Origin: Candidatus Saccharimonadota bacterium
GTDB taxonomy: Bacteria > Pseudomonadota > Gammaproteobacteria > Enterobacterales > Enterobacteriaceae
DNA length: 5,350 nt
Direction: 5' to 3'
Assembly: GCF_012571345.1 (NCBI RefSeq)
Contig: NZ_CP046218.1
Location: forward strand, 168,782-174,131
Position 1 is the first letter of the stretch. Each line of letters begins with the position of its first letter. A program made the translations under genes and the position numbers. Shown piece by piece: positions 1 to 5,044 of the stretch. The notes below the pieces were generated by a model, which was given only the letters and a program-made list of their open reading frames with translations, was not told the DNA's origin and ran no database searches.

Positions 1-95
1 GTGTATGCAAAAACATAACGATGCTGTTCTGGAGTAGATTGTGATTCTATATACATACTATGTACTTTGATATAAACTTGAGATAGTAATTGCAT
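1..95 (-). CDS. apaG: ApaG family protein, N-terminal 31 codons only (the gene continues beyond the left edge)
   Basis: Not in the supplied ORF track because it is truncated by the window edge. The reverse complement from the ATG at 95..93 reads MQLLSQVYIKVHSMYIESQSTPEQHRYVFAYT. This resembles the E. coli ApaG N-terminus as I recall it (..[26 protein letters not shown]..). It starts 4 nt after the rsmA stop, matching the conserved ksgA-apaG order of enterobacteria. Confidence 0.8.
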   Translation of the reverse strand, partial: MQLLSQVYIKVHSMYIESQSTPEQHRYVFAY

Positions 96-99
96 TAGT

Positions 100-906
100 T
101 TATACTTTTCCTTTTTTATAATTTGATTCTAATACTGCAGATAATTGACAATATTCTTTAATAGAAACATTTTCAGCTCTTATTTTATAATCAATACCTA
201 ACTGATTTAAATCTTCTATAGTAAATAAATTTTTTAAACTATTACGTAAAATTTTTCTTCTCATACTAAATGCTTGTTTAATAATTTTGTGTAACATCAT
301 AATATTGTTATAATCATAATACTTAGTAATATATGGTTGAATATGTATCATACCAGAAATAACTTTAGGAATAGGATAAAAATCATTGTTTTGTATTTCA
401 AATAATGATTGTATTTTATAATGTAATTGCAACATAATACTTAAACATCCATAATGTTTTTCTCCTGGATTAGCTGTTAAACACTGTATTACTTCTTTTT
501 GCATAATGAAATTCATATCTTTAATATATTTTTTATATTGTAATAGAAAAAACAATAATTGAGTAGAAATATTATATGGCAAACTACCAAATATACGTAT
601 TTTTTTGTGTTTTTTTTTTGATAAAACGGCATAATCAATATTAAATACATTATCATGAATAATATTTATAGAAAGATTTTTTAATATATGATGTTTTTTT
701 AAAAAAGTTACAAAACGATGATCAATTTCAATTAATGTAATATTAGTATTGTAATAAGTCATAGGTATAGTTAAAGCACCTAAACCAGGACCGATTTCAA
801 TAAAATAATTGTTTTGTATAGGGTTAATTGTAGTAATAATTTTCTTAATTATATTAGTATTTTTTAGAATATGTTGTCCATATTTTTTTTTAAAAAGTAT
901 TTTCAT
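100..906 (-). CDS. rsmA: 16S rRNA (adenine1518/adenine1519-N6)-dimethyltransferase RsmA/KsgA
   Basis: 268-aa ORF with ATG start and TAA stop. It has the SAM-binding motif IEIGPGLGALT (E. coli VEIGPGLAALT), the catalytic-region motif GSLPYNISTQLLF (E. coli GNLPYNISTPLMF), and a length close to E. coli KsgA (273 aa). apaG follows immediately downstream, as in E. coli. No Shine-Dalgarno is visible upstream. Confidence 0.93.
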   Translation of the reverse strand: MKILFKKKYGQHILKNTNIIKKIITTINPIQNNYFIEIGPGLGALTIPMTYYNTNITLIEIDHRFVTFLKKHHILKNLSINIIHDNVFNIDYAVLSKKKHKKIRIFGSLPYNISTQLLFFLLQYKKYIKDMNFIMQKEVIQCLTANPGEKHYGCLSIMLQLHYKIQSLFEIQNNDFYPIPKVISGMIHIQPYITKYYDYNNIMMLHKIIKQAFSMRRKILRNSLKNLFTIEDLNQLGIDYKIRAENVSIKEYCQLSAVLESNYKKGKV

Positions 907-1287
907 ATATTTTTATGGGAATCTATAAAATTTAGCTATTGCAGCAGTGTAAAATAAATGTAATGTGTATATTAAATTGTATATAGTATGTATTTATTTA
1001 AATTAATAATAATGTTATAAAATTAAACAAGTATATAAATATATAATCTTACATTCATTATTTTAACATATAAAATTTATTATAATTGCTTTATAATACA
1101 TATTTTTAATTAAATAATAACAATATTAATATTAACACTTTATTCATAAATATATTAAATAGTTTTTTTACAAAATACTTTTCATATATAATTTTATATA
1201 TAAATAAAGAATTTTAATTTCATTAAAATATAATATTGATTATAATATTAAAGTTATTGTTAATATAATATGAGATTGAGGATAATA
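907..1287. promoter_or_regulatory. Divergent non-coding spacer between rsmA (-) and djlA (+); it presumably carries the djlA promoter and possibly an rsmA promoter, but no individual promoter can be called
   Basis: 381 bp with no ORF of meaningful length on either strand. It is nearly pure A/T except for a slightly GC-richer patch at about 915-950. djlA has no co-directional upstream gene, so its promoter must lie here. At least five perfect TATAAT hexamers occur on the plus strand (1042, 1081, 1092, 1241, 1264), so hexamer matches are not discriminating. Confidence 0.4.
1278..1281 (+). promoter_or_regulatory. Shine-Dalgarno-like GAGG serving the djlA ATG at 1288
   Basis: GAGG at 1278-1281 is followed by a 6-nt spacer (ATAATA) and then the ATG at 1288. 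This is one of very few purine-rich G-containing motifs in the spacer. Confidence 0.5.
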
Positions 1288-2097
1288 ATGTCATATTGGG
1301 GGAGATTAATAGGTTTTATTATTGGTTTAATGACTAGTGGTAATTTTTTACATGTATTATTTTATACTAGTATAGGATATTTATTTGATAAATTTTTTAT
1401 TATACATGCTGAATGGTATAATAATAATTATACAATTAATCATAAAAAAACATTTATACAAATAACTTTTGAAGTTATGGGTTATATTAGTAAATCTAAG
1501 GGCTTTGTAACTAAAAAAGATATTATTATTACGACAAATATAATGCAACAATTACATTTAAATGATCGTGATATTATTTTAGCACAACATTATTTTAATC
1601 ATGGTAAACAAATAGATTATCCATTAATTCATAAATTAAACTGTTTATATTATAAATTAATTGATCAACAAAACTTATTACATAAATTTATTTTTATACA
1701 AGTACAATTGGCTTATGCTAATCATTACTTAGATCCAAAAACAGAACAAATATTACGCATTATTTTTAGAGAATTACATGTTTCATATCATGAAATGAAT
1801 AATATATTTGATAATATATATTCTAGAAACTTCTTTTCACAAAAAAATAATTATCAATATAATCATTTTTCTCCAAAAAATACAACTACAGAACTAATGC
1901 AAGCATATAAAACATTACAAGTAAATCAAAATGATAGCATGTTAATTATAAAAAAAAAATATTATAAATTAATGAGTAAATATCATCCAGATAAATATAT
2001 GTCACAGAAATATTCTTTAAAAGAATTAGAAGCAGCAAAAAGAAAAACACAAAAAATACAACATGCATATAATATAATTAAAAAATACAAAAAATAA
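1288..2097 (+). CDS. djlA: DnaJ-like inner-membrane co-chaperone DjlA (N-terminal membrane anchor, TerB-like middle domain, C-terminal J domain)
   Basis: The track ORF begins at 1270 (MRLRII...), but the E. coli DjlA N-terminus MQYWGKIIG aligns with MSYWGRLIG starting at the ATG at 1288, which is preceded by GAGG. There is a hydrophobic N-terminal segment (LIGFIIGLMTSGNFLHVLFYTSIGYLF). The conserved middle block TFEVMGYISKSKGFVTKKDI matches E. coli [20 protein letters not shown]. The C-terminal J domain carries the HPD motif (KKKYYKLMSKYHPDK ... AKRKTQKIQHAYNIIK). Length from 1288 is 269 aa, versus 271 aa in E. coli. Confidence 0.87.
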   Translation: MSYWGRLIGFIIGLMTSGNFLHVLFYTSIGYLFDKFFIIHAEWYNNNYTINHKKTFIQITFEVMGYISKSKGFVTKKDIIITTNIMQQLHLNDRDIILAQHYFNHGKQIDYPLIHKLNCLYYKLIDQQNLLHKFIFIQVQLAYANHYLDPKTEQILRIIFRELHVSYHEMNNIFDNIYSRNFFSQKNNYQYNHFSPKNTTTELMQAYKTLQVNQNDSMLIIKKKYYKLMSKYHPDKYMSQKYSLKELEAAKRKTQKIQHAYNIIKKYKK

Positions 2098-2122
2098 AGA
2101 ATAATATTATTAAACAAAATAT

Positions 2123-2506
2123 TTATAAAATAATAACGATCGCACTAACATATTCTTTTTCATCTGTAATTGTTACATGTGTTTCAAAATATTTTTTCCT
2201 TGTTTGTATGATATGTAATGCTTGATTATATAATTTTATTGTTGGACAACCATATTTATCATGATTAAGTTCAATATGTTTAAAAAAAATACCTTTAGTG
2301 AAACCTGTATGTAATGCTTTTACAGTTGCTTCTTTTGCCGCAAAATGTTTTGCTAAAAAATATGTTTTTTTATTTGAACATTTATAATACTGATATATTT
2401 CATTAGTTGTTAAAATTTTTTTTGCAAATAAATCATTGAAACGTAATATAATCTTTGTAATACGTGTAACATGTACTATATCCATGCCTAATCCTAAAAT
2501 TTTCAT
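2123..2506 (-). CDS. acpS: Holo-[acyl-carrier-protein] synthase (4'-phosphopantetheinyl transferase AcpS)
   Basis: The ORF is open from 2545, but E. coli AcpS starts MAILGLGTDIVEIARI and this aligns with MKILGLGMDIVHVTRI from the ATG at 2506 (127 aa versus 126 aa in E. coli). Other matching blocks are FLAKHFAAKEATVKAL (E. coli FLAKRFAVKEAAAKAF) and the C-terminal HVTITDEKEYVSAIVII (E. coli HVTLADERHYACATVII). Alternative in-frame ATGs at 2521 and 2545 cannot be excluded; the 2545 start would overlap the era stop by 17 nt. Confidence 0.85.
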   Translation of the reverse strand: MKILGLGMDIVHVTRITKIILRFNDLFAKKILTTNEIYQYYKCSNKKTYFLAKHFAAKEATVKALHTGFTKGIFFKHIELNHDKYGCPTIKLYNQALHIIQTRKKYFETHVTITDEKEYVSAIVIIL

Positions 2507-2528
2507 TATTTTTTTACTCATAAAAATA

Positions 2529-3374
2529 TCATTTCTGTTTAACATATAGATTTACAATAACTTTTTTATCAAAATACATACATATATTATTCTGCGTTCT
2601 TAAAGTAATTGATTTAATTTTTTGTCCATGATGTCCTATAATAATTTTTTTGTGTGTGTTTGTTTGGATGAAAAGTATTGCTGTAATTTTCTGAAAAATA
2701 TTTTTATTAATATTGATTATATCATTTAAATAAATATTTATTTTATATGGTATTTCTTTATGTAAATAAAATAAAAGACTTTCTCTAATTATTTCAATTA
2801 TTATCGAGACATTATTTTGATTAGTAATTGTATGATATGGATAAAAATGTTCTTTATTTGGCAAATTATTACATAAAAAATGATTAATATGACTTACATA
2901 TAAAAATTTTTTAGCAGAAATTATAAATATTTCAGTAAAGCTTATTTTGTGTTGTATATAACGTATATATGGCAATAGAATTTTTTTGTGATTAATAAGA
3001 TCAATTTTATTAATAATAATGATAGTAGGAATATTAGTATTACATGTAATCTTAATGATATTATCTTCTATTGAATCCCATTTATCACGATCTAACATTA
3101 ATAAAACATAATTAAAATTATTTTTATTATTCTTAAATAATTGTATAAGATATTTATAATTAGTAGTATAAGTAATACCGGGAGTATCTGTATATTCTAT
3201 TTGATAATTATGTTTATGATATATACCAATAATATTAGAACGAGTAGTATTTATCTTATGTGATACAATAGAAATTTTTTTATTGATTAATTGATTTATT
3301 AAAGTTGATTTACCAACATTTGTACGTCCAATAATTACTATACGACCATAATACATACATTTATTATGTACCAA
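2529..3374 (-). CDS. era: GTPase Era (30S ribosomal subunit maturation)
   Basis: The G motifs are intact: G1 GRTNVGKST, G2 TTR, G3 DTPG, G4 NKID, G5 SAK. There is a C-terminal KH-like region (IIIGHHGQKIKSITLRTQ, versus E. coli MVIGNKGAKIKTIGIEAR). The start is a TTG at 3374, preceded by AAGGAG with a 7-nt spacer. This start gives an N-terminal length like E. coli (9 versus 8 residues before the G-x-I-x-I-x-G strand). An internal ATG at 3356 is the alternative start. The stop is TGA at 2529-2531, the only non-TAA stop in the window. Confidence 0.9.
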   Translation of the reverse strand: MVHNKCMYYGRIVIIGRTNVGKSTLINQLINKKISIVSHKINTTRSNIIGIYHKHNYQIEYTDTPGITYTTNYKYLIQLFKNNKNNFNYVLLMLDRDKWDSIEDNIIKITCNTNIPTIIIINKIDLINHKKILLPYIRYIQHKISFTEIFIISAKKFLYVSHINHFLCNNLPNKEHFYPYHTITNQNNVSIIIEIIRESLLFYLHKEIPYKINIYLNDIININKNIFQKITAILFIQTNTHKKIIIGHHGQKIKSITLRTQNNICMYFDKKVIVNLYVKQK

Positions 3375-3381
3375 TAATTTG

Positions 3382-3387
3382 CTCCTT
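3382..3387 (-). promoter_or_regulatory. Strong Shine-Dalgarno AAGGAG for the era TTG start
   Basis: The minus strand reads TAAGGAGCAAATTATTG. AAGGAG corresponds to plus-strand coordinates 3387..3382, followed by 7 nt and then the TTG at 3374..3372. It lies 20 nt downstream of the rnc stop. Confidence 0.65.
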
Positions 3388-3407
3388 ATTTAGAATAAAT
3401 TAGTAAT

Positions 3408-4082
3408 TTATTTTTTTTCTATTCCTAAATGTATTAAAGCATATTCAGCCGCAGATTGTTCAGCTTTACGACGACTAGAACCAATTCCTATAATAATTTT
3501 AGAAATTCCATTAATTTTACATTGTATAAAAAATTGTTGATTATGTATCTCGCCATTAATTTGGATAATAAAATAACATGGTAAAGGTAAATGTGATCTT
3601 TGTAAATATTCTTGCAATCTTGTTTTAGGATCTTTTTGATTATGACCAGGAATAATATTGTTTAATCTGAATTTGTACCAATATAAAATAATTTTTTCTA
3701 CTATTTTAATATTACTATCTAAACAAATACTACCAATTAATGCTTCAATAGTATCTGCTAGTATAGATTCTCTATCATAACCGCCATTTTTAAATTCTCC
3801 AGGACCTAAAAACAAATATCGACCTAATTTAAAGTCTCTTGCAATACTTGCTAAAGTATCTCCACGTACTAGTGTTGCACGCATACGACTCATATTACCT
3901 TCATTAACATTAGGAAATTGTTTATATAAAGCTTTAGCTATAATGTAACTTAAAATAGAATCTCCTAAAAATTCTAATCTTTCATTATGTTTACTACTAG
4001 CGCTACGATGTGTTAAAGCTTGATACAACAAATTTTGGTGTTGGAAAATATAACCTATTTTTTTTTGTAATTTATTTATCAT
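3408..4082 (-). CDS. rnc: Ribonuclease III
   Basis: 224-aa ORF (E. coli 226 aa). It has the RNase III signature [17 protein letters not shown], nearly identical to E. coli, and the second catalytic block [11 protein letters not shown]. The C-terminal dsRNA-binding domain shows [12 protein letters not shown] ... [15 protein letters not shown]. It sits in the conserved lepB-rnc-era order. Confidence 0.96.
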   Translation of the reverse strand: MINKLQKKIGYIFQHQNLLYQALTHRSASSKHNERLEFLGDSILSYIIAKALYKQFPNVNEGNMSRMRATLVRGDTLASIARDFKLGRYLFLGPGEFKNGGYDRESILADTIEALIGSICLDSNIKIVEKIILYWYKFRLNNIIPGHNQKDPKTRLQEYLQRSHLPLPCYFIIQINGEIHNQQFFIQCKINGISKIIIGIGSSRRKAEQSAAEYALIHLGIEKK

Positions 4083-4120
4083 AATTAAATTATATTTAAA
4101 TCTATATGTAAAACATTATC

Positions 4121-5020
4121 TTAGTTAATAATTTTAAATATACGGTTTAAGCTAGTTCCTATTGGCCATTTATTATGTTCTTTATGTATATTAAATAAAA
4201 CATATTGTGCTTGTCCTAAAATATCCTTTTTATTTATTAAACCCCAATAACGACTATCATAACTATCATCTCTATTATCTCCCATAACAAAATAATTTTC
4301 TGGAGGTATAATCCAAGAATAATAAGTATTATGAAAATGATAATATGTTTTTAAATGATCATTAATAATTTCTGGCAGCAATAAAATTATGTGTGCGCGT
4401 TTATTTATTATTTCCTTGTATTCTAAAAATTTTAATGTTTTAAAAATATTTTTAAAAAATGTTTGTTGTTTTAACGTATTGTGTGGAGATAATAAAAAAT
4501 TATATTTTATAATAGATGTTAAGTGATATTGTCCTTTTTTCATAGTATATAGCATAATTTGCTTGCTATATTCATTATAAATGATTTTATCACCTGGTAT
4601 TCCAATAATTCTTTTAATAAAATGTATTTTTTTATTTTTAGGATATTGGAAAACTACAATATCACCTCGCTGAGGTATTTTATTTTGGATTAACAATTTA
4701 TTATTAAAAGGATTATGTATTCCATAAATAAATTTATTTACTAAAATAGTATCGCCTATTAATAAGTTAGGCAACATAGAATCAGACATGATATAACATG
4801 GTTCATATATAAAAAATCGTACAGAAAAAAATAATATAACAATGATAAAAAATAAATTTACCTCTTTTTGCCAAAAGTTATTTTTGTGATTTAAACGATA
4901 ATAATACAAACTTGTATGTTTTTTAAAAAAAAAGTTATATAAAGTGGATATAATATTATATATCCAAATAATACCCATAATATATAGACTATATGTTAAT
5001 ATTTTTATAAATATATTCAT
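4121..5020 (-). CDS. lepB: Signal peptidase I (leader peptidase)
   Basis: 299-aa ORF. Two N-terminal hydrophobic segments are present. The catalytic Ser box is SDSMLPNLLIGD (E. coli SGSMMPTLLIGD) and the catalytic Lys box is IKRIIGIPGDKI (E. coli IKRAVGLPGDKV). The conserved box E is GDNRDDSYDSRYWG (E. coli GDNRDNSADSRYWG). It is about 25 aa shorter than E. coli LepB (324 aa). Confidence 0.94.
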   Translation of the reverse strand: MNIFIKILTYSLYIMGIIWIYNIISTLYNFFFKKHTSLYYYRLNHKNNFWQKEVNLFFIIVILFFSVRFFIYEPCYIMSDSMLPNLLIGDTILVNKFIYGIHNPFNNKLLIQNKIPQRGDIVVFQYPKNKKIHFIKRIIGIPGDKIIYNEYSKQIMLYTMKKGQYHLTSIIKYNFLLSPHNTLKQQTFFKNIFKTLKFLEYKEIINKRAHIILLLPEIINDHLKTYYHFHNTYYSWIIPPENYFVMGDNRDDSYDSRYWGLINKKDILGQAQYVLFNIHKEHNKWPIGTSLNRIFKIIN

Positions 5021-5044
5021 GATATGTTTTACTATAAAGTATGT

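Noticed and set aside
1000-1205. Short near-repeats in the spacer: AATTAATAATAATG at 1001 versus AATTAAATAATAACA at 1108; AATATT x2.3 at 1122-1136; CATATAAAATTTAT at 1067 versus CATATATAATTTTAT at 1183. These were considered as iterons, binding-site arrays or degenerate repeat elements
   Set aside because: The copies are imperfect and irregularly spaced, and are composed solely of A/T. This is consistent with low-complexity drift or replication slippage rather than a structured repeat family, and cannot be distinguished from chance without statistics or comparative data.
1036-1269. Perfect TATAAT hexamers (1042, 1081, 1092, 1241, 1264) and TTGATT (1236-1241), considered as specific djlA promoter elements
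   Set aside because: At least five perfect -10 matches occur in 381 bp. None has a good -35 at 16-18 bp spacing: TTGATT is 22 bp from the TATAAT at 1264. Calling a specific promoter would be over-interpretation, so only the spacer as a whole is annotated.
1270-1287. Six-codon N-terminal extension of djlA (MRLRII) implied by the longest ORF
   Set aside because: The E. coli DjlA N-terminus (MQYWGKIIG) aligns to the second ATG at 1288. The GAGG ribosome-binding motif lies inside the putative extension at the correct distance from 1288.
2100-2111. 12-bp perfect palindrome AATAATATTATT between djlA and acpS, considered as a bidirectional intrinsic terminator
   Set aside because: It is A/T-only, has no loop and no G/C-rich stem, and would be thermodynamically negligible. 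Such palindromes are expected by chance at this base composition.
2529-2531. The TGA at the end of era, considered as possible evidence for a reassigned genetic code (UGA=Trp), as in some tiny symbiont genomes
   Set aside because: All Trp residues at conserved positions are encoded by TGG (for example RYWG in LepB and YWG in DjlA). No gene is interrupted by an in-frame TGA. Reading through this TGA adds only five codons before a TAA. The standard bacterial code fits everything.
2507-2545. 13-codon N-terminal extension of acpS (MLNRNDIFMSKKI) overlapping the era stop
   Set aside because: AcpS orthologues begin at the M-x-I-L-G-L-G-x-D-I-V motif, and the extension has no counterpart. It is kept as an alternative in the feature note because no Shine-Dalgarno discriminates among the three ATGs.
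4083-4120. Possible hairpin in the lepB-rnc spacer (minus-strand TTAAAT-ATA-ATTTAA, a 6-bp A/U stem), considered as an analogue of the E. coli rnc leader RNase III autoregulatory site
   Set aside because: The stem is only 6 A-U pairs with a 3-nt loop, far shorter than an RNase III substrate (about two helical turns). It is indistinguishable from chance in AT-rich sequence.
4943-4951. DnaA-box-like AGTGGATAT (7/9 match to TGTGGATAA)
   Set aside because: It is a single imperfect copy inside the lepB coding region. There is no cluster of boxes and no adjacent AT-rich unwinding-element architecture beyond the genome-wide AT richness.
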